The notes under the pieces were generated by a model. It had not been told where the DNA came from, made no database searches, and saw nothing but the letters and a program-made list of their open reading frames with translations. DNA of 64,000 nt from the NCBI RefSeq assembly GCF_018977255.1, contig NW_024704742.1, forward strand, positions 30,568,001-30,632,000, written 5' to 3'. Of the stretch, positions 1 to 13,819 are shown in pieces. The DNA is from Callorhinchus milii (taxonomy: Eukaryota). The translations under genes and the position numbers were made by a program. The stretch's first letter is position 1; each line of letters starts with the position of its first letter.

Positions 1-1169
1 TACTGTTGAGAGCTGTGAGACGCCACCCTCAGTGGAGGGCACAATATAAGCGCAAGTTGTTTTTGTAGCCCTGAGGGAGCCCGGGCTGTTCAGATGAGAT
101 TATGTAAGGCTGACTATATAGATGGGGTAAAGGTTACCTGCTCTTACGATCAAGATTTTGTTGAGTAATTTGCTTGCTTCATGTCAGGGAAATTCAGCTG
201 TGCTCAGTACAGTGCATCGTTTGTTACAATAGTGTGCAAGACTGCTTCAGTGATGGCAACACTTCACGCACACTGAACTGTCAAGGTGCCCAACAGGGCT
301 ATCTGTTAACTGCCAGGGCTGTGTCAGTGGATTTAAAACTGATGGAACATAGCAATGTAAAGGATGGCACAGAGTCCCAACCAGTTTTTGTCCTCGTGTT
401 GCCTTGATTAATCGGTGCAGTACCAGTATGCCTGTCATCATGGTAACTGCCTTTACCTTTGACACAAAACAGCCTCACACAAAACTGGAATGACTTATTA
501 CCCCCTCTCTCTGCTCCCATCTGCAGAAATAACTCATGGATATTAGCAGCCCTTCTATTTATTGGCTACGTTTACTGTGACTCTGCACACCACTAACTGT
601 AAAGGTTAACGTTTTTGCTTCTCCGACTTCGTTTATTCTCGTCTCACGGAGATTATTTTTAGAACGCCTCTGGCAGTTTCTTAACCCATGTATATCGCAT
701 GTTTTATTATTATTAATAATCTGTGCATTTGATACAGCACCATTCACATTAGGTAGGCGTCTCACAGAGCTTCACTGGAAATTCTGTATTTATAGGCGAA
801 AGCGGCAGTCAATTTTTGCACAGCAATATTCCACAGACAGCTATGAAGTAAATAGGCAGTGATTTGGTGTGAACCGTACAGTCAAACTTGGTGCTGGAGG
901 TCTGCTCCTCCTGGGACAACCTGAAAGCGGTGCTTGGATTCACTGCCACATTACAAACACAAAGGAGACACTCGAAAAAGTGATCATCGGGGAGACAGTA
1001 GAGATCACTTCAGAGCTGAATTCTCATGTGTCAGCATGACATACATAGAGCTCCCTGGAGAAGGAAACCATGTCCAGTGCGATTGCCATATACACTGTCG
1101 TTTTCCTGATGATGAGTGCTTTTTCAATCCCCAGTGACAATTGACTAAGTCTTTGCTCCCCCAAGGTAC

Positions 1170-1860
1170 ATATTTACTCCTGGATGGGATAGAAGTTTCC
1201 ATGGGAGAGCAAGAAAAAGTCCAACAGATTTTAGTTGACTCATCACTCGACATGCCCAAACAGTGCGAGACACCGATAGCAAAGACAAATAGGATGCTGG
1301 GCTATAATTGCCAAATCAGTTGAGCTCAAATCGTTCTCAAGAAGAACTCTTTCTCAAACATTACATTAGCCAAAACCTGGATTACTATGTCCCTCTCTGG
1401 TTTGCCCTAAAGGTGATACAGAGGTAAAGACTGAGACTGATCCCCAGTGTTTAGATGGATAAGCTATCAGAATCACCCAGATAAGATAAAGGGCTCTTCA
1501 TCCTTGAAAACAGACAACTCAAGGGAGCTTTACAGAGATATAACGTGATTTGTGGGACGTTGTTATATTCAAATTGGTTGCTGCATTTGCCTACAAAATA
1601 CATAGTCACTGCACTGTAAAACCCTGTGAAGCATTTTGAGACAATCTCCAATGTGAAAGGTGCTATATCAAATGCGAGAATTATTATTAATGGGATTGAG
1701 ACAGTAAACCCAGAACAATAGCTTCAGATAGCCAAAATAGCAAGACAAGGGGGCAAGATTCAGGGTTGTGAAAGACCGTTTATGATTAACATCAGGAAGT
1801 GTTCGATCCTCACAAGGACTAAGTTATCAGGATGGGTGTTGGAAGCAGGAGACTATTATA
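1170..1860 (+). mobile_element. Degraded CR1 LINE ORF2 3' fragment, interrupted by a SINE tail (~1560-1690)
   Basis: Translates to ILVDSSLDMPKQC..IAKTNRMLGY and later LF.LE.RQL.G.L, typical of the CR1 ORF2 C-terminus; frameshifts and stops present. Confidence 0.75.
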
Positions 1861-2818
1861 ACAAGGTTAATATATATGAATTATGGACAAGAACTGTCAC
1901 AGGCCTTCCGTCCCTTAATATTTTGTCACTTAATTTTAATTTATAATTCAGAGATAGAACTTCAGACAGGTTCCATGAAGAATTGTTAAAAGTAGATAAA
2001 TTTCAGGGCATTAGGCCAGGCCTGAATGTAGCAGGAAATTAGTCCTGGCTGAATAAATTACATAAATAAGAAGCCATTGAAAAACTAGCATGTTTATTCA
2101 ATAGCATGTGGTCCCTAAAGACACACATTAATAGCTAATGTTGGTGTCTTAGCCCGCGCAGTATGCATGAAAGAGAGAGCGGTGTCATATTTATTCAACA
2201 AGTGTATCCAACTGATCAAAATCACAACTTGTACTTTTCATAGGACCTTTCACATAAAAGAATAGCTCAAAATGTATACATTTTATCCCTGTTCACCTGT
2301 TTCCTAGCTCCAATCACACTTCCTGACAACCTGTTCAGGTGTTAATTACCCTCTGAATAATGAACATAAATTGTCCTGCTTTTTTGGTGTAGCTCAAAGA
2401 ACAGCTCAAAGCTTTAGAAGTGCTATGTCTTAATACACAGTAAATGCACGCATTACCAACACGAGACTGTGCACAAAGTAAGAATGTTAATAATAATAAT
2501 AATCCTTGCATTTCATATAGCTCCTTATCACGTAGTTGAAAAGTCTCAAAGCGCTTCACGGAAAATACTGTAAAGTGAATTGACTGTATATTTTATGGAC
2601 CAAAAAATGTTGGGGTGAAACAAAGGCAACATAGGCACACTGTGATGCACTAATTATAACAAGTGATAATTATTACTGTTATTTGTACAAGGATTTGAAC
2701 AAATCATTTTGTACTGCTTGTGGGACATTGCAATGCACAAATTGTGTGCTGCATTCGACCAGAAGAAAATAGAAAAGTCACACTACCTGTGAAGCACTTT
2801 GAGACAACTTGAATGACA

Positions 2819-3108
2819 TGGTCCTATAGCTCAGTGGTTAGAGCACTCGCCTTGCAAGCGAGACACCTGGGTTCAACTCCAGACAGGGCGGAACCTTCGG
2901 CAAGTTTCCTTATTCCACACGCCTAATAATAATCCCTCCAAAACAAAACAATAATAAATTGGTCATTTTCAATCCACGATTGTTTGTGGGACATTGCTGT
3001 GTGCAATTGGCTGCCGTGTTTCGCCCACAAATATACGGTCAAGTCACTTTACAGCATATTCTGTGAAGTGCTTTGAGACGTCTAGAAGACATGAAAAGCA
3101 CTATATCA
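2819..3108 (+). mobile_element. tRNA-derived SINE (family A: tRNA head, CORE-like body, L2-type tail)
   Basis: Pol III A box (tagctcagtggttagagc), B box (gggttcaactcc), ggcaagtttcctta body and the shared tail tgtgaagtgctttgagacgt...gcactatatcaa. Confidence 0.85.
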
Positions 3109-3270
3109 ACGGGCACTGTTGTGAGGAGAGAGGAGGTCAGAGAGGTAGGGGGGTGCAGAGGAGTGGAGGCATTTGAAGTCTTGAAGTCGATCCTCTCTGG
3201 GACAAAACTAAGACTTAGACGACTGTCAACAACTTTTTCGATGCTCTCCAACAGGCAACAGTACAGCAGT

Positions 3271-3347
3271 ACCTGGATACCTTCTGGGTGATTGAATAGG
3301 CAACCTGGATACCTTTTGGTGATCGAAGAGGAAACCTGGATACCTTC
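3271..3347. repeat. ~31-32 bp tandem repeat, about 2.4 copies
   Basis: acctggatacctt recurs at 3271, 3303 and 3334. Confidence 0.8.
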
Positions 3348-4272
3348 ACACAATTCCACTTGAGCTTCTTTGAGCTTAATTAAGGAATGGAGCACAGTTA
3401 GCAATACTGGAATTACTGGAATTCTCTCCCAAAGTTCAAAGCTACCACAGCCATCAATTGATTAATAGCGTAAGCAGTTTATTCCACTTGTGAGTTAAGA
3501 CCATGATAATCCATTGACATCAGTTCAGTGGCGATAACAAATGGCTGCATTAGGCAGAGGCAGCGACATGTAGCTCAGTGGGTGAAATTGAAACATACAG
3601 CCTTGAAAAGGATTTATAACACCAGATGGAACAGCAATGAACTGACAGTAAAGAACAGTTCTGGCTGTAAAGAACAGTTCTCTGCGAATAAAGGCTGCAG
3701 AGCGGAGGTTTGGAAGTTGCTGCGTATGATTTTTTTTCCCCTAAACATGAGAACAATCGCCTAAAGCAGTCAATAAATATCTGGGGTCGGAAGGGGGGGA
3801 GTGTGGGAGGGAAATCAGTGAATGTAGCAGTGTGATAGCAAGATTCAATTAAATTTGCTGCACTCTGCTTTCTGAGATAAATGTATTGGAATTAACGTTC
3901 CTTACGTTCTTTCAAATTTTCACGGAGCACTATCAGGAGCTAAAAGTTTTAGCAGCTAGGTTCATTTTGGGATTACAGTGTTTGATTGGCTCATCGTACT
4001 CCCTCCCCACCACCTACCTTTCTGCCAGTCACAAATCACCAAAAAAAAATGTTGCAGAAATTGCAGGTACGTCAGCCCAGCTCAGTTGGTTGCACTCTCT
4101 CCTTTGCGTCACGAGGTTATGAGTTCAAACCCCACATCGCGACTGTCTAATCTTCTCAGTGCTTTACAGCCATGTTAAATGCAAGGATTATAATTAATCT
4201 TCAGTTCTATTGAGGGTGAAAAATATGGTATATAATATAATTGCCACATCACATCCCGGATTTTTGATAATA

Positions 4273-4925
4273 TTAATAATAATCCTTGCATTTGATATAG
4301 CGCTTTTCATGTCTTCGAGACGTCTCAAAGCGCTTCACAGAATAGACTGTAGAGTGAATTGACTGTATATTTGTGGGCGAAACACGGCAACCAATTGTGC
4401 ACAGCAGTGTCTCACAAACGGTCACGGATTGAAACAACCAATTTATCATTGTTTTTTTTTCTTGAGGGATTATTATCAGGCGTGTGGAGTAAGGAAACAT
4501 GCCCAATGTTTTGACCTGCTGGGAATCGAACCCAGGTCTCTCGCTTGTGAGGCCGGTGCTCTAACCATTGAGCTACAATCCTTGCATTTCATAATAATAA
4601 TAATCCTTGCATTTGATAAAGTGCCTTATTATGTCTTCGAGACATCTCAAAGCACTTCACAGAATATAATGTAAAGTGAATTGACTGTATATTTTGAGGG
4701 TGAAACTCAGCAGCCAATTGCGCACAGCAGTGGCCCACAAACAGTCGTGGATTGAGTGACTAATTTATTGGTTTTTTTTTGAAGGAATTATTACCCCAGA
4801 AAAGTGATCAGCCAATTGACTAACAATTGGGTTCCTACTTACTGTAGGTAAGCAGAGGCAGGTAGAGTAAGGAAACTTGCCCAACGTTTCGCCCTGCCAG
4901 GAATCAAACCCAGGTCTCTTGCTTC
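4273..4925 (-). mobile_element. Two tandem family-A SINE copies (~4273-4578 and ~4595-4925)
   Basis: Each begins with aataataatccttgcatttgat (reversed tail) and ends with a reversed tRNA-like head (ggaatcgaacccaggtctc). Confidence 0.85.
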
Positions 4926-7639
4926 TTATGTTGTTGAGATGTCTTCAAGCACTTCACAGGATATACTGTGAAGTGAACTGACTATATATTTTGTGGGCAA
5001 AACAAATATTGATCCCTAGTTTGGTTGTAAAACTTTTACAATGAGAGTGGTGGATGGATGGATGGAGAGTTATAGCTCATGCCGCACACATAGCCTGATC
5101 CAAAACTCTAAATTGTAAACACTGCTTGCTTGAACACTTACGGAAAGATTGTATTATTAAAACAAGCTGCTGTTAGCAGTTTCTAAAACTCCTCTGCAGC
5201 AACTGTGGGTCAGAATTAACCTACGATACGAACACAAATGAGTCATTGAGGTTAATTCAGTGGTTCACTCATTACCTAGCAATTCAAATGGACCGCCTCC
5301 TTTTCCCCTACCCACTCTCATCCTTCCCACCTTGGGTTGTTTCATGAAGCCAGGGACCTGTGGCTTTGGATTTCTGGTTCACGGGTGGCAGCTTCCAATT
5401 TAGTGAACAAAAAGAAACGTTAGAGACGTTCTATCAGACACAAGGATCGTTACAGAAAAAAAACACAACATATCCAGCACTCTGAGTCTAATGCCAAAGG
5501 CTCAGCAACATAGACATCACCATCGAGAATGACGTGGGGAGCAGAAATAACACACAGATTCCCAGGCAAGCACAAGTCCATTAAATATCAAATTAACTGC
5601 TAAATTGCCATCGCACTAAAATGTTACATTTAACAGAGTAAATCACAAGGGACGGGCGGGGAACACGAAGCAGACCGGTGCTTGACCAGCGAAGGGAGCA
5701 GCTGGATCAGTGCTGTACTTTAGAGTAGCTGGCGTATTGATGAGGTCTGCTGCCTTCACAAACAAATATAACTAAGATGGAAACTTTAGTTAGCAAATAC
5801 ATTTTAATCTCTATTTCAAATAAAGCTCCTTTTTTTCAGGTCATTAATTTTAAGTCTTTTAAACGGAATGATTAACACATTTTTAATACATCAAACACTG
5901 AAGATAATAATAATAATCCTTGTGTTTGACATAGCGCCTTATCACGTCTTTGAGACGTCTCAAAGTGCTTCACAGAATATACTGGAAAGTGAATTTACTG
6001 TGTATTTTGTGGGCGAAATGCTTTACCATTAGTAAAAGAACTGCTCTGGGAATCAGGCCTCAAACCAAAGGTGCCAGACTTTGCTCCATAAACCTATGTG
6101 ACCTCTCTGGGCACAATTCCAGTCAAGAGTGCCGCCTGATTATAGGAGTGAGGCAGGGAAAGGGCCGCGGAGCTTGGTCAGCTGAGCAGCTTAACCAGTT
6201 GCTGAGGGAATCAACGGTTACCTCAGCTGCCTGTGAGGCAATTAAAGATTCTGAACAAGGCCAAGCTAGGAGGCTGCTCTCCCAGCTCAGTCTAACCTCG
6301 GAGTAACATGGGAAGTAATAATAAATAACAATAATTCTGTACAGCCCATCTCTTTGATTCTATATCTTGACTAGGTCACACATATGGGGATCCTTTATGC
6401 ATCAGTGATGTTCAGCTTTCATTCCGTTCAGTCATAGTTTAGAACGATTCTGATAATCATTGTATTTGATACAGCGCCTTGCATGTCATGAGGATGTCTC
6501 AAAGTGCTTCACAGGATTCACTGTAAAGTGCAGTGACTGTTTTTTAGGTGAACGTTCAGTGTGCAGTTCCGATCATCAGCATTTAATGGGGTCCAGAGAA
6601 CTGACATTTTAACAAAAGCCTACATAAAAACAGGAGGTGCAGTGTACTGGAAACTTAATCATTGTGGGATCCCACCTCCAAAAAAATATTCAAGGGGAAA
6701 AAGTTCTTGATAAAATTAACTAAAGACACAATTGAGGGGAAAAGGTTGGTCAAGTTTTGAAGTGCTGAACATTGCTGTTTTCCATCACCAATAGCTGCCT
6801 TGGGAACACAACCGCAAAAAAAAATAAACTGCACTTATATAGCACCGTTCAGCATCATACGATAGTGTCTCTAAGCATTTTACAGAGATGGAGTGGGAGT
6901 AAAATAGCCTGAAATTGGTTGCGTAGCATACTTGAAAGCTCGATATGACTCATAACAGGTGAGATTCATACAACAGCCTTTTCTTTTACACCCACAAGCA
7001 TTTCTGCAAACTGCGGTTCCAGCTGAGAATTTCTCAACTCTTGATCTATGGTTGCATTTCTTTCCGCACTGGGTTCTGTGGAAGATGCAAAATTTCCCAG
7101 GGCAGGAACCTGAAAGATCAAGGAATAAAGAGTTCCTGTTGGCGGTGTGGAAAGTAGGTCGCCTTCACCGTAAGAAATCACTCAAGCTTCCACCTGAATC
7201 AACCATTGAATCTATTAAATGAAAATTGGTGTCTTGCAGCGAATGGCTAGATCCAAAGAGACCAGCGAGCTGCTTGAGTTATGAAGTCACATTGTCTTAA
7301 AGTGACCAAAGGTCTATCCCTCAGCAGCTGGATTCACAGTCCACAGAGAACTGACTAATAAGCAGCAGTGTCTGAGGCACCTGTCATTTCCTACCAGGAC
7401 TTATAGAGCTTAGCAGCCAGTTGTCATTCATCTTCTAAGGAACTTTGGATTGTTCTTTTTCGCACTCCCAAGAAAAGTGGGCTGACAAGTAGAATGTTTC
7501 ATTTCAGATTCGGTAATTAGTTGATGCGACGTCAAATCTACAAAGATTTACAAAGGATATACAGCACGGAAACAGGCTACTCAGCCTAACCAGTCCGTAC
7601 TAGTGTTTATACTCCACACAATTCTTCACTCATTCCGTC

Positions 7640-8240
7640 TATTCCTCTTCTTCATGTGAAGGTCTAGCTTCCTCTTGAATGCATCCCCCACTCTTTGGAA
7701 TGCCAACCCAAATTCCCTTCACCTTGCTCCCTCCCTTCTTCAAGGCATGTCTCAAGAACCTCCTTTTCGACCAAGCTTTTGGCCACCCTCCTACCCTCCC
7801 TGCACTCCACCTGTTTGTGTCCAAATCCCTGACTGTCCAGTGCCTTGAGACGTCCTCCCAACTTGAAAGTCGCCATACAAATGTAATTTTGTAATGTATC
7901 TACACTATCTGATTCATTACTTCAGGCAGTGAGTTCCACAATCTCACCACTCACCGTGTGAAGTAGTTCCTCCTAAGTTCTCTTTTAGATCACCTAGTCA
8001 CTGTTCAACAACAACAACAAAATTACATTTGTATAGCGCCTTTCACTTTGGGAGGACATCCCAAGGTGCGGGACAATCATTGTTTCAGACCCGTGCTGGG
8101 GATTGGGATTGGGGAGGGTGGAGGGCATGGGGGAAGCAGGGTGATTGAACACACGGTCGAAGAGGAGGGTCTTGAGATGGGTCTTGAAGGAGGCAAGGTA
8201 GGGGGCGAGGTGGAAGGACTGCGGGATGGAGTTCCATTGG
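7640..8240. mobile_element. Two L2 3' ends in opposite orientation (+ ~7640-7892, - ~8005-8240), interleaved with CR1 3' remnants
   Basis: ctctttggaa...ttcaaggcatgtctcaagaacctccttttcgacc...ccttgagacgtcctcc...; the reversed copy starts with an (aac)n tail. Confidence 0.7.
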
Positions 8241-9049
8241 GTCCTATACCAAATGTATGGATGATTATTATTATTATTGACTAAGCTAAGTGACTATCTT
8301 ACTTTTAACTGACCTCAAATGTCAATCTCTGTAGTTGAGGTAATGAAGAAACTGAGAAAGCAACTTGTGCTCCAACCATTTTGCCAAGGTTGGGGGTTTA
8401 GGTGGGCGGGAAGAGGTTTGCTAGGGGAAATTATTCTTTTGCTATGGGAGGGGAAAAAAACATTGTTCTGTAACAGAAAGAGGCACATGACAAACCAAGG
8501 GCAAGTAACATGTAAAAAACTGGCAAACAAAACTCATAATGGGGCCTCGATGTTTGGGAATCCATAAAATCATATCAATAAAAAGGGGCAGTAGTCAGTG
8601 TCACTGTGTATGCGCACAACCGGCTGACTTGCTCCCTGCACAAGGGCTGGTTCCAAAGCTAGAAGAAAAATTGACCAACTTCTGGGGTATTAGGTCACTG
8701 AAGACGTCACTTTCTGTTTGCACCGAATGTGCAAAGAAAGAAGTGATGTCTCAGAAACCCGATGACCTGGAAGTTGTTCATTCTATTTAGAGCAGGAAAC
8801 TAAAACAACCTGGGAAGCTCATTCCGCTATAGTGCAAATTCGGTTATGATTGGTAACTGTAACTGAACCGTAACCATAGCCATTCGTTACCCAATTTTCA
8901 CTATAGCGGAATGAGAGCAGGATTGTGGTATAAGATTTGGTGGCTCTTGTACAGAAAAATGACAGCGCACACTTGATAATAATAATCTTTGCATTTGACA
9001 TAGCATTTTTCACACGAGTAGGAGTCCCCTAGTGTCACAATGTGACATC

Positions 9050-9308
9050 ATGAAGTAAATTTTATTTGGGGGATTGTTGGCCAGGAGAAATTCCCTTCTC
9101 TTTTCGAATAGTGCATTGGATCTTTAACATTCACTTGGACAGGCAGATGGAACCTTGGTTTAATGTCACATCTAAAGGACAACACCTCTGACAATCCAGC
9201 ATTGCATTGGAGTGTCAGCCTCGACTGAGTTCAAAATCCCGACATGGGGCTTGAACCCAGAAACTTTGGACTCAGAGGTGAGAGTGTTACCAACTGAGCC
9301 AAGCTGAT
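9050..9308 (-). mobile_element. Deu-domain SINE (SacSINE1/AmnSINE1-like)
   Basis: Reverse complement of the Deu core (gatgtgacattaaaccaaggttccatctgcctgtccaagtgaatgttaaagatcc) plus a tRNA-like head. Confidence 0.75.
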
Positions 9309-9611
9309 ATTGTACATTTCTCTGTGATTGTTAGGCGAGTGTTAACATCCCACTGTTGTGGTGTAGCCAGCATTCAGTATCAAGGTATGAGCCACAGAGA
9401 AGAACTCATCCCTTATCTCATAATGATGACAAGCTACTGTGCTTCTTTCAAATGGCTCCTTTTCAACAAAAACTCAAAACTGTTAATTTTTCCATTGCAA
9501 AATAGTAAATACAGCTGATGTCAATGCAAATTCAGGGGAATTTTTTTTTCCTTTCAATAAAACAAATCCTGAAATGCACAGTACAAATACGAGCAGAAAT
9601 GACACACTTAC

Positions 9612-9730
9612 CTCAACTGTTTCAGTGTTGGAATATCTGCTCAGAGTCGGCTGTGAAGGGCTTATGACAGTGATCTGCACAAAGGCATTTGGTTTCCGAT
9701 CACGAGCTGCAGCCACCAGCTCCTTGCATG
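9612..9730 (-). CDS. INPP4B: INPP4B C2-domain exon (119 nt, phase 1 to 0): [40 protein letters not shown]
   Basis: tttttcaccag|CATGCAAG...GTTGAG|gtaagt. Aligns without gaps to human INPP4B [40 protein letters not shown], and is closer to INPP4B than to INPP4A. Confidence 0.95.
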
Positions 9731-11815
9731 CTGGTGAAAAAGCAAAGAAAGAAATTGTCAGCAGGACTTCAAAGGGAACAAGAAAAAAGTTTTTTTTAAA
9801 ACAAAAAAAAGAAATTATCAACACAGGATGGACAGGATCTATCTCAAACAGAGAATTTGGCTCCAGAGACGCAACTGAGTGAGCAAAGGAAGTCCTTTGG
9901 AAAAACCTTACAGAATTAGGAAGTCACGTGCTCAGGGCTGATGTGGAGACTTAATTTTCACAAACCTTTCCATCAAGTATTTGAGACGTCAATGATCCCC
10001 AACCAAGTGTTACTTGTCTGATTTTTCTCTGCTGTAATTCTGTTTTGCTCTGCAGAGTTCTCGCTGTGGTAGAATCAACTCACACTATCAGGCACCACTG
10101 AATTTTGCATTGTTTGGTTACTAGAGGGACACACACACATATACATACATACAGACATACACACAAAACCTACTGTGTGTCACTTTGTGAGTTTACAGCT
10201 CATGTTTTATCAGGAAATAACTCACTCTGGCATCCGTTACCCTTGAACATTTTAACCTCATTCCTGACCACCAAAGGAAAATAAAACCAAAGGCAGAAAA
10301 GCTTTCAGTTTAATTGAATGCTCTCCCCATTAAAGATCTCAGCTCATGGGTTAGCACTTGTTCATCCTCCACCCGTTGGCATTATGCACAGCGAGCATCT
10401 TTTTTACACAAACTAGCAATCCCTTAAAGAGAGTCAGTCACAAGATGTGAAGGATTTCTCACGGTAGGTAGAGATTTGTTTTTCAAAACAAAAAGAAAAA
10501 TGATTTATAGAAACAAGAGCTTTAAGGATCGACAAAGTAAGCGAACGATATAGGAAAGGCATTCGGAAACGAACACATACCATTCAGATGGTTATAGACT
10601 TGTGAGATCAATCTGCTTAATGCATTTGCCAGAAGGGATGTTAAGTTCAGGAAATGAAATCCATGCTACGGTCTGTTCTGAACAGTGTTTAAACCAGGAA
10701 CATGTTTAAAATAACATTGGTCAATAATCAAATGCATATTGGCATGCTACCAAGTTTGTGTGTGGAGTGGAGGAAAATGAATGAATGGATGGGATGGGAT
10801 TTGAAAAGAACACATGATTTTGTGATTATATCCAGGAACAAAATCATCATTGCGCTATCTGGTAGGACTGAAAAAAAATCCCAACAAATTCCATGCATCA
10901 TTCCCTTAGGTAAGCATAAATACCATACAATCTATACTGATAATGAGAGCAAATTGTACCCTCATTTACCACATACCAGAATTTTATCACTTTTCCCTCC
11001 TCCCCCCGGTGACATATTAGACAAAAACAAGGATGCAACGCATATTTTAGCCTTGCAACGATTCTTTATTTAAAGAAAAAGAAAAGTTGTACAACAAAAG
11101 CATGTGTCTCCTTGTTTTTCAGCTGAACACTTCAGTTCAGTGCTGAATGCCATGTGGATCAGTGCCATGCCAATGCCACAGGCACCTATCCTACTACTTG
11201 ACATTGGTGTCAGATTTGGCTGTAAAGAGAATAGACTGGATCCATTACTGTACATGCTTGTGACAAATTAAACAGTGTCTCTTTGCTGTGTAGGGGGCAG
11301 CATATGTGCAGCCCACAGTTTCTGATTTCAACTCAGGGTGTGCTCACATGTGGTTGAATGCAAACACCTGCTAATAGAGCTTAATGAACTGTCAGCCACT
11401 GCATTAAACTCCTGATAACTCATCACTCCAAGGGAAAAGGGCTAAGTGACAACTTATCAGATATGACGAGTTAGGCATATATATAAATACATGTGGCTGG
11501 GATATTGACAGCACGATGACTTACATGGTAGTGACATGTTAAGCCACGGTTGAGATATTGGGAGTTTACTGTATTTTTTAAAAGGTCAGCTAGGGTGATG
11601 TTTAATTGGGCGGTGGGGGGAATGGTGGAGGGAAAAGCAAGAGAGTGGGATGAATCAGGACTCTCTGCGAAAGAGCTGGGACAGGCACGAGGTGCCTCAT
11701 TCTGTGCTGTAACATTCTATGGGATTGTTTCACAGCCCAATTCTGTGTGATGACTTTATAATAATATAATAATCCTTGCATTTGACATAGTGCCTTATCA
11801 CGTCATTGAGACGTC

Positions 11816-12695
11816 TGCGATGGTTCTCAACCCTAATTGTATCCCCCCGTTATGACAAAGCGCCCGGTGTACTAGGCGGCCTCTGTATCAGTCCTTTTTC
11901 TGTATTGTGCAAATTCCCTCTCTGAGTGAAACTGCACCAATGAGAATTTACACATCACGACAGGTAATCCCAATGCTTTATTGTGCATCAAAGGGATATA
12001 TTCATCAGCATCCTTTGAACTACCAGACAGCTGATATCAGCAATAACCTGCTTGTGTTTCCTCCCTTCCTTCTCGATCTTTACAAAGACTCGAGAAGCAC
12101 TGTATAGAAAACTCAACGGTGTTTTATTGGTCCTTAAACCCTATGCCTAACTTACACTACCCAAAACATGATAACTGGCACAACATTAAGGAATAGAAAA
12201 TACCCTGACACTAAACTATGACACTAACAGCTTTACCCAAAGTTATGTAACAAAGAAAAAACAATCTTGACCTGGAGACGAGGCTCTCAGGTCAGGCACA
12301 TACCTCCTCAATGGCACACAAGGTGAAAAGTGACCCAGAGCTCAGAGAACCCCCTCCTTTTATATTGTCCTAACTCCTCCCCTTTCCAATGTATTGCATT
12401 GATTTTTTTCCCTTCCATTTCCAATCTCCTCCCCTTTCAATATATAAGTAGGTTCCCACTCCAGGACTCATGTGATCCTTTCCAGCCTTTTTGTTTCAGT
12501 AACTCACCCAGGTCACAGACTTCATGTTGCCAAGGCTGTCCTTAACACTCTAAACTATATTTCGGTCCCAAGACCACAAATGCGCTTAAAAAGCGAAGGA
12601 GTCCAATTTGCACAAAATCTCACACATATAGAATATCTACATTAATAACCCCAACAAAAGAGGTGAGTGTTAATCTAAAAAAGGTGACCATGACA
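11816..12695 (-). mobile_element. Solo LTR (880 bp) inserted in a SINE tail
   Basis: TG...CA termini with an imperfect terminal inverted repeat (tgcgatggt / accatgaca). 4-bp TSD CGTC at 11812-11815 and 12696-12699. The flanks rejoin to the SINE consensus ttgagacgtctcaaagcgcttcacag. Minus-strand TATAAA near 12360 and AATAAA near 12125 and 11980. Confidence 0.85.
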
Positions 12696-13819
12696 CGTCT
12701 CAAAGCGCTTCACAGAATATATTGTAAAGTGAATTGACTGTTCAATTTACGAAATGAAACTAAATGAAATGGATGTTATAAAATGCTGAAAATGCCAACC
12801 CCTGTGATCCTTTCACCACTGGGGAGAAGCATGCATTTACCAGAAGGTGAAGAGGTATTTTCAAGTTTCTGTTAACTTTCATTAGAATAAGGACACTCTT
12901 CTGTCTGCCCACGAGTCACTCCGTAGTGAAGAACTGAACCCACAGTTCAGTGTGTCGTGGACAGTCTGATGCGGCTGTTGGCTGCTGACAAGCACACTCA
13001 TTCATTTTCATTTGAAAATATGTCAGAGACCTGCTTGGTCGATCTATACTAGGAGCATGAGGTTTGAAAACAGTCGTGTAGTGTGTAGAGAAGCAGCTTA
13101 CTGGATGTGATTTAAGTGTTCTGAGATGTTAATCTACGTGAAGGGCTGTACAATAAATGCAAGTTGTTGATTCAAATTGTGCCTCACTTGCTGGTCTGAG
13201 CTGGGCCTGCATGGAAGGCTAAACTGTCCCCAGCCTTCCCTGGGTGAGGGAGAGTAAAACAGGCCAAGGTTCCTGCTCTGCTCCCTTGTTAGGACCCTCT
13301 GCTGAGAATGTGCATGTTGTGGCAGCCGGGTGAGGAGAGGTCAGGTTAGTCTGAGATGCTGAGACATCCTCCCAATATGTAAGATGCTATGTAAATCGTT
13401 GTTGTTCTGGTGGCCGACATTTTGTAATGCTGAACGGAATTTTTACTCATGAAAGAAGGGAACACAAACTCTTGCCCTACTGCAACTAAAGCACTTTGGA
13501 ATGCCAATTATAGCAGTCTGCACAGCCTTCTAAGCATTATCAGAACAAAAACATATTTTGTTAGATTTAGAAACTTTCAATGGCAAATCAATCGGAGGTC
13601 TGAATCCTAAAGATAAGTCAATTTTCCATTTGTAGCGTTGATGAGAGAACAGCAAATGTAAATCACTTTACTCCAAGGTCTGAGGCTACTGGAATTTATT
13701 CTTTTATCATCTGGAATCAATATCCAAACCGCAAAAAGTAATTTCACTGGTCCCTTAAGTAACCAAACAATGCAAAATGTTGTGCTCCCAAAACTGTGAG
13801 TGAATTTTATCACAAATAA

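Noticed and set aside
2819..2891. tRNA-like sequences with A/B boxes (also at 26740, 14100, 60714)
   Set aside because: They continue into SINE bodies and tails, so they are SINE heads and not tRNA genes.
3039..3404. 121-aa minus-strand ORF
   Set aside because: Chimera of a tandem repeat, an L2 fragment (RIDFK) and a SINE tail.
1..9611. Next INPP4B exon (human GTRDPLFLTGVTF...YDVKDK equivalent)
   Set aside because: Searched the minus strand by eye and found no match; it is probably outside the window.
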